Positions 9,894 through 18,513 of a stretch of 64,000 nucleotides of DNA are shown here, piece by piece. Positions within the stretch are counted from its first letter, which is position 1. Every line of letters begins with the position of its first letter. The notes under the pieces are model-generated. The model was not told where the DNA came from. It did not search any database and saw only the letters and a list, made by a program, of their open reading frames with translations. Where the stretch lies: positions 5,602 through 69,601 of the forward strand of contig JARFRM010000058.1 of assembly GCA_029287235.1 (NCBI GenBank). The letters are read 5' to 3'. Made by a program: the position numbers and the translations under genes. Origin of the DNA: Thermoanaerobaculales bacterium (lineage in GTDB: Bacteria; Acidobacteriota; Thermoanaerobaculia; Thermoanaerobaculales; Sulfomarinibacteraceae).

Positions 9894-9945
9894 CGGATCA
9901 CCTCGCCTTCATTCCGGACGCCGGTGATACCGTCGAGGCGTTCGT

Positions 9946-10225
9946 AAGGCAAGCAGGGATGCTTGCCGCTACAAAGGCGAGGGGAATTGTAGCCGCAAGC
10001 TTCCGAGCTCGCGATCGGTGTCGCGATGCGGGTTGGACACGCGAAGGGCGTGATCGACGGCGCTGAAGGCAAGCAGGGATGCTTGCCGCTACAAGGGCGC
10101 TTGGAATTGTAGTCGCGAGCTTCCCAGCTTGCGATCGGTGTCGCGATGCGGATTGGACGCGCAGAGGTCGTCATTGACGGCGCTGAAGGCAAGCAGGGAT
10201 GCTTGCCGCTACAAAGGGCCAGGAT
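9946..10225. repeat. Tandem repeat, 120-bp period, about 2.3 units, each with two hairpin modules (family A)
   Basis: AAGGCAAGCAGGGATGCTTGCCGCTACAA recurs at 9946, 10066 and 10186. Between copies lie TTGTAG(C/T)CGC(A/G)AGCTTCC(G/C)AGCT(C/T)GCGATCGGTGTCGCGATGCGG. Confidence 0.9.
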
Positions 10226-10300
10226 CTCTCGTTGCGCCGGCATCATCGCACCGACGATCGCCGTAGACACTGAACCGAGGCCGTGCACGGGGCTCCCTTC

Positions 10301-11161
10301 CTAGTTCGAAGCCGTGCTGAGGGTCATCACACCGAGGTAGGGGCTCTCGTCGCCGAGTTCGAACTGCGTGGAGAAGCCTCCCGCCGAACCGGTGATCTCG
10401 AGTTGATAGGCGCCGCTTCCGGGCTCGAGCCGGTCGATGGTGAACTCGCCGAAGAAGTCCGTTGTCGCCCGGCCGCACTCGTTCCCATCCTTTGAGAGAA
10501 CCACCTCGGCGCCTTCGGCGCATTCCTCGACGCCGTTCACTTGCTCGACCACGGTCCCGCTGACGAAGCACTTGGTGATCTTGTGGAGATTCTTGTACCA
10601 GACCCTCGGCCTGGTGCCGAGCTCGGGTCTGAGAACCTCGAGGTCTTCATCGGCCTGGATTCGTTGCATCTCGGCGTCATCGACACAGATCGTGCGAAAG
10701 ACGTCCATGGGGCAGGCCTGCTCGGCCCGTGTCTTCGTCCATCCCTCGTCGAGAAGATGTGCGTCGAAGGGCCACGCCTGCGGGATGTCCTTTTCCTCGT
10801 TCCAATAGATCGCGTCGTAGGGGCAGGCCTGCATGATCTTCTTCTGGCCCTTGGCCTTCTCGGGATCGATGATGACGACACCGTCGGGGCGTTTGCGCAC
10901 GGCGCCTCCCTGTGCCGCCTTCATGCAAGGTGCTTCATCGCAGTGGTTGCACATCACCGGCATGAAACGCGCCTCGAGGATGGGGTAGGTGCCGCGCTCC
11001 TTGCGCTCGATGTCGAGCCATTTGTGCTGCTCGCCGGCGGGCTGAGGAGCCGAGACGCCGGGAAAAGCATTCCCGACGTACTCATCCTTGACCGCGAGGA
11101 AGCAGAGGCGGCAGTTGTCGCAGAGGGCGACGTCGACGATGAGGTTCCATTTCGTGGCCAT
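10301..11161 (-). CDS. 4Fe-4S ferredoxin-type beta subunit of a DMSO-reductase-family Mo enzyme, with C-terminal Ig/carboxypeptidase-regulatory-like domain (pyrogallol transhydroxylase small-subunit-like)
   Basis: Start ATG 11161 overlaps the alpha stop (ATGA). Cys clusters are CDNCRLC, CNHCDEAPC, CPYDAIYW and CPMDVF. The C-terminus is GTVVEQVNGVEECAEGAEVVL...FTIDRLEPGSGAYQLEI. Confidence 0.85.
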   Translation of the reverse strand: MATKWNLIVDVALCDNCRLCFLAVKDEYVGNAFPGVSAPQPAGEQHKWLDIERKERGTYPILEARFMPVMCNHCDEAPCMKAAQGGAVRKRPDGVVIIDPEKAKGQKKIMQACPYDAIYWNEEKDIPQAWPFDAHLLDEGWTKTRAEQACPMDVFRTICVDDAEMQRIQADEDLEVLRPELGTRPRVWYKNLHKITKCFVSGTVVEQVNGVEECAEGAEVVLSKDGNECGRATTDFFGEFTIDRLEPGSGAYQLEITGSAGGFSTQFELGDESPYLGVMTLSTASN

Positions 11162-14124
11162 CAGATTGTCTCCGCCGTCGGCTGCCAATCATCGGCGCCG
11201 GTCCACTTCTCGACCTGGATCAGGACCGAGTTGGGTTTCATTCCGTGACCCTTCTTGGTGATGGGTTCCTTGGTGTTGAGCATGTTGACGCAGCCGCCGA
11301 GATCGGTGGACTTGCCGGGCTCTCCCGTCGGCCGGTACTGGGCCGACCCCGAGTAGGCGGCGACCACACCCGGTTGAAGCCGGCCCGTGACCTGGGCCGC
11401 ACAGACCACCGAACCGCGCTGATTCCACAGGCGGACCAGATCGTCGTCGGCAATCCCTCTCGATACGGCGTCCTGCGGGTTCATCCGGGCCACGAGGTAG
11501 TAGTGTCCGTCCTTGAAGACGCGGTGCTCGCGGATGTCGGCGAGGCTGCCGTCGGTGTTGTCGCCCATGACGTGATAGGCGTATCGCGTGTGACCGGTTT
11601 GCAGCTTCAGCGGGAAGTCCGCGAGATCCGGGTTGCGCGCCGGGTCCTCATACGTCGGCATGTACTCACAGAGTGGTGGCCGGTCGGGGTCGTCGATTTT
11701 CTCGAGCCCCGTCGCGATGAACTCGAATTTTCCGGACGGTGTGGGCAATCCATCGAGATAGTCACCCGAATAGTCGGATGGCAGAGGATACGGATCCGGT
11801 GTGTCCTTCTTTCGGCCCTCGTAGTACCAGTTGTTGGCGAGGGCGACGCGCGAGTTCTCCTTCTCTGCCGGGACGACCCAGTAGCCCTTCTTGAGGAACT
11901 GACGCCAGCTGATGTGCTTGGCCATGTCGGAGGAGTCGAAGACCCGCTTGACCCAGGCGAGCTCGGAGGTGCCGCCCTCGGTGTAGACGGCGCCGAGACC
12001 GAGCTTCTCCGAGACCGCGGAAAAGATGTCGTAGTCGGACCTGGACTCGCCCAGAGGTTCGATGCACTTGTGCTGCATCGTGATGATGCGGTGGTTGTTC
12101 ATCGTGTAGAAGTGGTGGACGTAGCCGGGACCGCAATTGAACGTCTCGCCGATGTCCCACTTTTCAAAGACCGTGCACGCCGGCAGGATGATGTCGGAGA
12201 ACGGCGTCTCGCCCTCGTTCCAGATGGATTGATTGACGATGAACTTGAGGTTCTCATGCTGGTAGGCCTTGGCCCAGCGGTTCCCGCCCGGCATGGTGCC
12301 GAAGAGCTGGCTGCCGTACTTGTAGAGCATCTCCACGGGTACGTGACCGGGGGAGGGGTAGCCGAAGGGGAAGAACTGACCGCCGGTGGTCGTGACATCG
12401 GTGACGTAACCAAAGCTCTTGCCCTGGGTGATCGCCTCGGGGAACCACATACGGGGAATGCTCTGTCTGACCGTGCCCATGGTGACGATGTGCGGCATGC
12501 GTTGGTAGTTGTTGGCCGAGTTGGCGCTGAATGCCAGATCCCCGGAGAACCCGCCTTCGGCGTAGCCTGGGAAGTAGAAGTTGTGATCGACGGGGGCGCC
12601 GAACTGGAGGTTTCCGAAGTTGTATCCCGGACGGCCGTGCCCCTGCATGGCGCCGAGAATGGCCATCATCCGGGCCCACTGCATCCCCGTCGGTCCGCGG
12701 CAGGCGCCGCCGACGCCGGCGCCCCAGCTTCCTGCGCCGAGGTAGGTCTTCTTGGTGCCCCATTCGCGCGCCAGAGCGCGGACATCGCGGGCCGGCACAC
12801 CGGTCTCGGGCTCCTGCCACTCGGGCGTCTTGGCGACACCGTCGTTTTCACCCAGGATATAGGCCCTCCACTCGTCGAAACCCGTGGTCCTGTCGGTGAC
12901 GAAGCCTTCGTCATAGAGCCCCTCGGTGATCCAGACGTGGCAGATGGCCTGGGCGAGCGCGGCGTCGGTCTGTGGTCTTGGTGCGATCCACTTGCCGCCG
13001 AGGTGGGCCGCAGTGTGGTTGAGGAACGGATCGATGTGGACCATCTTGATCCCGAGTTCCCGGGCCCACTCGCGGCGCTGTGCCCCCTCGAAGCCATACG
13101 TCGTGTCGGGGTCAGATGACCAGAAGACGATCATCTCGGCTTCCTTGAGACAGTCCTCCACGGTGCCGTAGAACTCCGGGCACCCGAGGCGTGCGCTGTT
13201 GCCCCAGTGGTGCATGGCGCCCCAGAACCAGCCCTCCCAGCTGTCGGGGCTGTGCATGAGCTTGGTGACGCCGATGAGGTTCCAGAATCGGTTGAAAGCG
13301 CACAGGTAGTGTCCGAGGTTGCCCCACTGGTGGTGCGACCCGTGGTCGACCGCCACGGCGCCGGGCCCCACGGCTCTGGCGCGCTTGATCTCCGACGCGA
13401 CGATGTCGGTGGCCTGGTCCCAGCTGATGCGCTCGAACTCGGAGATCCCGCGGTTGCCTGGATTGCGCTCGCCGTTGGGGTCGAAGTCGACGCGCTTCAT
13501 GGGATAGAGGATGCGATCCTTGGAATAGACCATGGATTTCTGGCAGGCGCCGTGCGCGGCCAGGGTCATCTTCCGCGGCGGTGAGAACTTCTTGCCGCGG
13601 GCCTCGATGGTCCAGCTCCCCCCGTCCGAGTCCTCGAGATCGACCGGGGTGGTGCGGAGGATCTTGCCGTCCTTGACGTAGACGAAGAGGGGACCGCCGT
13701 TGGTGCCGTTGGTGTAGCGGGTGACACCGTCGCCCATGTCAGTCCCGCTCTTCCAATAGACCGATTCCAGCTGGCCCAGGGTGCCGAGAAACCAGACCGA
13801 AAGCGAATCGTCGCCTTCGAGCAGAATCTTGTAGTTCTTGGCGGCGTCGATCCGTTCGAGCTGGTCGAACGGCGGCGTGAGGAAGCTCTTCGCAAGGGCG
13901 GCGTTTTTGAAGCCGATGGTGATGTCGGGGTTCGAGTGAATGCCCTTCCCGGTGTTGATCTTGCCGCCGGAGGTTTGGATCCAGCGACCCACATCGGGCT
14001 CATCCAGCAGCTTGATCTGCGCGATGACGTCCCGTTCCTTCAAACGCTCGGCGTATTCCGGGTAGATGCGCGCAGCCATTCGCATCGCCTGCGGAATGCC
14101 CCACAACAGGATCGATAGACTCAT
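11161..14124 (-). CDS. Molybdopterin (bis-MGD) oxidoreductase large subunit, pyrogallol-hydroxytransferase-like, with about 120-aa N-terminal SCP2-like extension
   Basis: 987 aa from ATG 14124 (GGAGGAG upstream). MopB-type core begins at PLFVYVKDGKILRTTPV. No twin-arginine leader and no N-terminal Cys cluster. Confidence 0.85.
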   Translation of the reverse strand: MSLSILLWGIPQAMRMAARIYPEYAERLKERDVIAQIKLLDEPDVGRWIQTSGGKINTGKGIHSNPDITIGFKNAALAKSFLTPPFDQLERIDAAKNYKILLEGDDSLSVWFLGTLGQLESVYWKSGTDMGDGVTRYTNGTNGGPLFVYVKDGKILRTTPVDLEDSDGGSWTIEARGKKFSPPRKMTLAAHGACQKSMVYSKDRILYPMKRVDFDPNGERNPGNRGISEFERISWDQATDIVASEIKRARAVGPGAVAVDHGSHHQWGNLGHYLCAFNRFWNLIGVTKLMHSPDSWEGWFWGAMHHWGNSARLGCPEFYGTVEDCLKEAEMIVFWSSDPDTTYGFEGAQRREWARELGIKMVHIDPFLNHTAAHLGGKWIAPRPQTDAALAQAICHVWITEGLYDEGFVTDRTTGFDEWRAYILGENDGVAKTPEWQEPETGVPARDVRALAREWGTKKTYLGAGSWGAGVGGACRGPTGMQWARMMAILGAMQGHGRPGYNFGNLQFGAPVDHNFYFPGYAEGGFSGDLAFSANSANNYQRMPHIVTMGTVRQSIPRMWFPEAITQGKSFGYVTDVTTTGGQFFPFGYPSPGHVPVEMLYKYGSQLFGTMPGGNRWAKAYQHENLKFIVNQSIWNEGETPFSDIILPACTVFEKWDIGETFNCGPGYVHHFYTMNNHRIITMQHKCIEPLGESRSDYDIFSAVSEKLGLGAVYTEGGTSELAWVKRVFDSSDMAKHISWRQFLKKGYWVVPAEKENSRVALANNWYYEGRKKDTPDPYPLPSDYSGDYLDGLPTPSGKFEFIATGLEKIDDPDRPPLCEYMPTYEDPARNPDLADFPLKLQTGHTRYAYHVMGDNTDGSLADIREHRVFKDGHYYLVARMNPQDAVSRGIADDDLVRLWNQRGSVVCAAQVTGRLQPGVVAAYSGSAQYRPTGEPGKSTDLGGCVNMLNTKEPITKKGHGMKPNSVLIQVEKWTGADDWQPTAETI

Positions 14125-14186
14125 GTCAGCTCCTCCACGCAATCGGTGAGAATCGGCGCCATGATATATAGTTAGGGTGCTTCACT

Positions 14187-14221
14187 ATTAGTAAATCTAA
14201 TCGGTTTTTCGCAGTTGTCAA
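14187..14221 (-). promoter_or_regulatory. Candidate sigma70 promoter of the Mo-enzyme operon with overlapping palindrome
   Basis: On the minus strand: TTGACA (14216-14221), a 16-nt spacer, then TAGATT (14194-14199). The palindrome ATTAGtaaatCTAAT (14187-14201) overlaps the -10 element. The region is locally AT-rich. Confidence 0.35.
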
Positions 14222-14234
14222 GGGGCGGTGAGAG

Positions 14235-14264
14235 ACAAAAAACCACCGCCCCGAAGGGCGGTGG
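14235..14264 (-). terminator. Rho-independent terminator downstream of the TonB-dependent receptor
   Basis: Minus strand reads CCACCGCCC-TTCG-GGGCGGTGG followed by TTTTTTG, 24 nt after the stop at 14288. Confidence 0.65.
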
Positions 14265-14287
14265 ACCAAAAGAGGAGAGGAAAGGGA

Positions 14288-16861
14288 TCAGAAACGGAAC
14301 TTGGCGGTCAGAGTGTAGAACCGTGGCGGCCCGATGTAGCCGCTGACGATCCGCAGACCGGGGATGGCGAAGACCCCGATGATGTAGTCCTCGTTCGTCA
14401 GGTTCTTGCCGGCGATCTCGAAGCGCCAACGCCCGTTGGCGGTGTCGTAGGCGATGATCCCGTCGACCAGCCCGTAGGCCTTCTGGGTCTGCGCGCCGGC
14501 GTTGCAGAAACCGAGGAAGTGCTCCGACTTGTAGTTGTAGTTGGCGCCAATGGAAAAGTGGCCGCCGGCGACCTTGTTCGGGGTCGTGTAGAGCGCGCCG
14601 AGCCGGTAGGAGGTCTTGGGCGAGTACTTGAGCTTGAGGTCGATTTCGCCGGTTCCGTAGGGCGCGCAGTCGATCTCCTGGTTGAAGTTCTTCGAGGTGA
14701 ACTTGGTGTCGAGCAACGCGAGGTTGCCGGTGAGCTGCAGCCCGTCGACGGGAACCACGATGGTCTCGACCTCGGCGCCGGAGGTCTCGACATCGCCCAG
14801 TGAGAATCGGAGGAAGTTGCCGTCGGGGTCGGTGCCGGTGCCCTGGAGGTCATTGTACTGGTTGAGGAAGGCGGCGATGTTGAGCCGCCATGTGTTGCGG
14901 AAGAAGTCAGCCTTCATGCCGAGTTCGAAGGAACGGATGTCCTCGGGCGGGATGGGCTCGAGGGGCAGCACGGTCGAGCCCTCGTTGGCCCGGCCGTCGA
15001 AGGCGCCGGACTTGAAGCCGGTGGAGAGATCGACGTACGCGAGGATGTTGTCGGCGGCGTTCCATGCCAGCGCGAGGCGCGGCGTGAAGCGGCTCCAGCT
15101 CTCGTTGAGGTGTTTCTCTACCGGGGTGTCGACCGAGCCCGGGGGCGCATCGGGTCCGCAGGGCGTTTGCGAGCTGACGATGGTTCCGTCGGGGGCGACA
15201 CAGGCGATCATCTGGGTGTCGTCCGGATAGTAGACGGTGATGTCGAAGTCCTTGGTGTCCTCGGTCCAACGGCCACCGGCGGTCAGGGTGAGATTGTCCA
15301 TCAGGTGGAAGTCGAAGCTGGCGAAACCTGCGTAGCTGTCGGTGTCGAGGCTCGAGTCGGTGTAGCGGTTGGTCCCCATGGGCGAGAGAACGGCGTTCTC
15401 GGTGAACTGCTGGTTCGACTCGGTGAAGTAGTAGACCCCGGCTACGTAGTCGACCTTGGTGCCGATGTTGCCGAGAAGCTGGAACTCCTGGCTGAACTGG
15501 TCCTGCGTTTGGTCCTGCATGATGTGGAAGAGCGGCAGGAAGTCCGGGATGATTCCGGGCAGGAACTGGTTGCCGACCTGACCGTCGCCGTCAACGATGA
15601 AGTGGCTCGTCATCTCGCGCCAGGCCGACACCGACTTGAAGGTGAGCGAGTCGGAAACCTGCCAGTTGATGGTGCCGTAGGCGCCGGCCTGGTCGAGGTC
15701 GTTGAGCGGCTCGGTGAGGTCCGACAGCAAGGTGTGGGCGTCAGTGTCTCCGTCGAGCTGGTCGTTGAAGTTGGGCTCACCGACGCCGAAGCCGTTGATG
15801 AACGGCGCCTGCGGCACGAATCCGAGGGGGAAGCCCGGCGTCGAACGCTCCTTGAGGACATCGCCGACGACCAGAATGTCCACCTTGTCGGACGGGAAGA
15901 AACGCAGCGAGGTCCGAACACCCCAGATGTCCTTGTCGTTGACGAAATCACCGTTGTAGAGATTTTCGTCGAAGCCGTCGTGGTTGCGGGTCATGGCGGC
16001 GACCTGGAAGCTGAACCAGTCGACGACGGGGACGCTGACCATGCCGATGAAATCCATCTGATCATAGTCGCCGAGTGACGCCGAGAGGTTGAGACCGAAC
16101 TCCTTGTCCGGTTGCTTGGAAATGAGCTTGATGGCGCCGGCCGAGGTGTTGCGGCCGTAGAGGGTGCCCTGGGGCCCGCGAAGCACTTCGAGACGCTCGG
16201 TCTCATAGAGGTCGAACTGGGCGCCGAGCTGGCGCGGGATGTAGACGTCGTCGATGTAGATTCCCACCGGCGTGTCCGAGGTGAACATGGACTCGTCCTC
16301 GCCGATTCCCCGGATTGCGGCACGGCTGCCGCTCGACGAGCTGGTGTTCTTCTCCATCCACAAGTTCGGTGTCGCCAGGGCGAGCTCCTGGATGTTGGTG
16401 ATGTGCTGCTCCTCGAGCTGGCTGGTCGTGAGCGCGGTGATGGCCACCGGCGACTTTTGCAGCGGCTCCTCGACCCGTCGCGCGGTGACCATGATGTTCT
16501 CGATGGGCCCGGGTTCGTCGATGGAGATCTTGACGCCTTCGGCGTCGGGCCGATAGGTGACCATCACCTGCCCGTAGTCGGGGACCGGCACGTCGGCGGA
16601 CTCGGTGACTCCACCAATGGAGAAGGTCACTCGGTAGGTCCCCGGTTCGCCCGGGGGCTGGTATACAAAAGCCGTGTCGGTGACCTCGATGGTCTCGACG
16701 GACCCGTCCGGCGCCTCGACCTTCACTGTGATCGCCTCGTCAGGATCAGCGCCTGTGATTCGGAAGCTCAGACCGGCGGTGCCCTCGGCGGTCGGAGCGA
16801 CCGCGAACACAGCCAATATGAACACCACGAACATCAATGAGCTGGATCGACGAATTGCCAT
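14288..16861 (-). CDS. TonB-dependent receptor with N-terminal carboxypeptidase-regulatory-like domain
   Basis: Start refined to ATG 16861 (signal peptide MAIRRSSSLMFVVFILAVFAVAPTAEG). Plug region NIMVTARRVEEPLQKSPVAITAL. The terminal ...YTLTAKFRF is a typical C-terminal beta-strand ending in Phe. Confidence 0.9.
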   Translation of the reverse strand: MAIRRSSSLMFVVFILAVFAVAPTAEGTAGLSFRITGADPDEAITVKVEAPDGSVETIEVTDTAFVYQPPGEPGTYRVTFSIGGVTESADVPVPDYGQVMVTYRPDAEGVKISIDEPGPIENIMVTARRVEEPLQKSPVAITALTTSQLEEQHITNIQELALATPNLWMEKNTSSSSGSRAAIRGIGEDESMFTSDTPVGIYIDDVYIPRQLGAQFDLYETERLEVLRGPQGTLYGRNTSAGAIKLISKQPDKEFGLNLSASLGDYDQMDFIGMVSVPVVDWFSFQVAAMTRNHDGFDENLYNGDFVNDKDIWGVRTSLRFFPSDKVDILVVGDVLKERSTPGFPLGFVPQAPFINGFGVGEPNFNDQLDGDTDAHTLLSDLTEPLNDLDQAGAYGTINWQVSDSLTFKSVSAWREMTSHFIVDGDGQVGNQFLPGIIPDFLPLFHIMQDQTQDQFSQEFQLLGNIGTKVDYVAGVYYFTESNQQFTENAVLSPMGTNRYTDSSLDTDSYAGFASFDFHLMDNLTLTAGGRWTEDTKDFDITVYYPDDTQMIACVAPDGTIVSSQTPCGPDAPPGSVDTPVEKHLNESWSRFTPRLALAWNAADNILAYVDLSTGFKSGAFDGRANEGSTVLPLEPIPPEDIRSFELGMKADFFRNTWRLNIAAFLNQYNDLQGTGTDPDGNFLRFSLGDVETSGAEVETIVVPVDGLQLTGNLALLDTKFTSKNFNQEIDCAPYGTGEIDLKLKYSPKTSYRLGALYTTPNKVAGGHFSIGANYNYKSEHFLGFCNAGAQTQKAYGLVDGIIAYDTANGRWRFEIAGKNLTNEDYIIGVFAIPGLRIVSGYIGPPRFYTLTAKFRF

Positions 16862-17164
16862 AGAAGTGCTCCCCCCGGGGCTCGGGCCCCTGTTTCGCTC
16901 ATATGACAGCCCGACGACGAACGACCCCACAACGGAACAACCACGCGCCGGGCGGAATTCACAGCATCAGAATCGAATCACCATCAAATTTGAAGAAATC
17001 ATACTATCGTTCGATCATTCATACAATAGTGAAAACAGTAATTGTCCTAACGAACTGGGAATCGTGAGATCGTGTCGCAGATCGGTTGACAGGGACTTCT
17101 CCATCCGTGATCAGCCGAACCCAGGTTTTGGTGAGGGCGTGCTACCCGCAAACACGCCTTGAGG

Positions 17165-17290
17165 TTCGAACGCGCCGTAGAGGGTGGGCCTTGGCCCACC
17201 GTCACTGTCTCGAAAACATTTGGTGCTTTGCGACGTTCTTGGCGGTCTTTGCGGTAAAACTGAGATGTGATCTTTGTGCTCCTTGCGTTT
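17165..17290. repeat. Repeat family B, short copy (inverted relative to 7680-7950)
   Basis: GTAGAGGGTGGGCCTTGGCCCACC ... TTGCGACGTTCTTGGCGGTCTTTGCGGTAAAACTGAGATGTGA. It abuts the stop of the MFS gene at 17290. Confidence 0.65.
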
Positions 17291-18513
17291 CAAGTCGGTT
17301 GCTGCGGTGGCCGGAGCCGCAGCGTCAGCAGCGCACCGACGAGCATGATTCCGCAGACGATGGCGAACGCCCCCGAGTAGCCCCCGAGGGCGTCGTGGGC
17401 CACCCCGGTCAGGAGGATCCCGATCCCACCGCCGGCGGCATTGGCGATGCTCACCGATCCGTTGATCTTGCCCGCATCGCGAAGCCCGAAGAGGGTGATG
17501 AGGATGTAGTTGAAGAGGGTGTGGAGGCTCCCCCAGCCGAGACCGGTGATGACGAGAAAGGCCCAGATGGCGCTCGGCGCGAGGGTGATCCCGATGAGTC
17601 CCCCGAGCATGGTGAACATCTGGAGACGGAGCAGCCGGTAGGGATCGATGCGGTCCGAGATCCAGCCCGAGCCGAGCTTGCCGACGAGTCCCGACAGCGA
17701 GATGACGCTGAGACCCAGACTGGCTGCCGCGGGGTCGAAGTCGTGGCTCCTCATATAGAGAAAGAGGTGCGAATAGAGGGAGAGAACGGCGTAGAAGGTC
17801 AGTGAGCCGGCCAGCGCCACCTGGTAGAACTGGCGGCGGCGCAGCACCTCGCCAAAAACCATCCCTTCACCGGCCCGGGTGGTCGCCGCGGCGTCGTCGG
17901 TCTCCGAGCCGTCTCTCTTGGGTCGGTTCCGCAGCACCAGCAGCACGACCACCATCAGAAACAACGGCCACAGGCTCTCCATCCGCATGGCCGCCCGCCA
18001 CCCGAAACGAACGTTGAAGGCACTGGCCAAGGGTGGAATGAGCATGCCGCCGATGCTGGTGCCGGCGACCGTCATTCCGACGGCGAGCCCTCTTCGCTTC
18101 GGCATCCACGTCGCTGCGGTGATGATGGAGATCGTGATGCCTGATAGGGCGAGTACGGCCGCAAAGAGCAGGTGGAGCAGATACAACTGGGCCAGGGTCT
18201 GGGCCTGGCTGTAGAGGAAGTAACTGACGCCGAGGAGCGTCAAGCCGAGCAAGAGGAAGGGCTTGAAGCCATAGCGATCGACCAGCCAGCCGGCCACCAG
18301 CACGAGCAGTGACGCGGCGAGGAAGGTGATCGAGTCCCGCACCTTGAGCTGCGCGACGCTGCAGCCGAGCTCTTCCAGCAACGACTCGTCGAAGACCGTG
18401 AGCCCGGCGTTGGTCATCCCATTCGTCAAGGAGACTACGAGAAGCGCGAGGATCGCCACCAGCCACGAGTAGCCGCTCCAGCGGCTGAGTGCGAAGGCGA
18501 TGGAACGCTTCAC
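17290..18513 (-). CDS. MFS transporter
   Basis: The GTG start at 18513 overlaps the upstream stop (GTGA). About 12 TM segments. The N-terminus shares ...TNAGLTVFDESLLEELG with the second MFS (GINVFDESLIKEFG). Confidence 0.85.
   Translation of the reverse strand: MKRSIAFALSRWSGYSWLVAILALLVVSLTNGMTNAGLTVFDESLLEELGCSVAQLKVRDSITFLAASLLVLVAGWLVDRYGFKPFLLLGLTLLGVSYFLYSQAQTLAQLYLLHLLFAAVLALSGITISIITAATWMPKRRGLAVGMTVAGTSIGGMLIPPLASAFNVRFGWRAAMRMESLWPLFLMVVVLLVLRNRPKRDGSETDDAAATTRAGEGMVFGEVLRRRQFYQVALAGSLTFYAVLSLYSHLFLYMRSHDFDPAAASLGLSVISLSGLVGKLGSGWISDRIDPYRLLRLQMFTMLGGLIGITLAPSAIWAFLVITGLGWGSLHTLFNYILITLFGLRDAGKINGSVSIANAAGGGIGILLTGVAHDALGGYSGAFAIVCGIMLVGALLTLRLRPPQQPT

Noticed and set aside
9946-10225. 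Possible CRISPR array (regularly spaced palindromic repeats)
   Set aside because: The entire 120-bp unit, including the would-be spacers, is repeated with about 90% identity. There are no unique spacers and no cas genes, so it is a tandem repeat and not a CRISPR array.
9890-10288. 132-aa ORF with a thrice-repeated CSGKHPCLPSAPS
   Set aside because: It is simply the translation of the 120-bp tandem hairpin repeat. There is no start context, and the same DNA module occurs non-coding at 2068-2184.
11245-13119. 624-aa plus-strand ORF, with similar cases at 15110..16078, 18489..19580, 14228..14803, 43777..44325 and 44410..45210
   Set aside because: All lie antisense to genes with strong family signatures (Mo enzyme, TonB receptor, MDR reductase, beta-helix protein). 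Their composition is typical of antisense frames.
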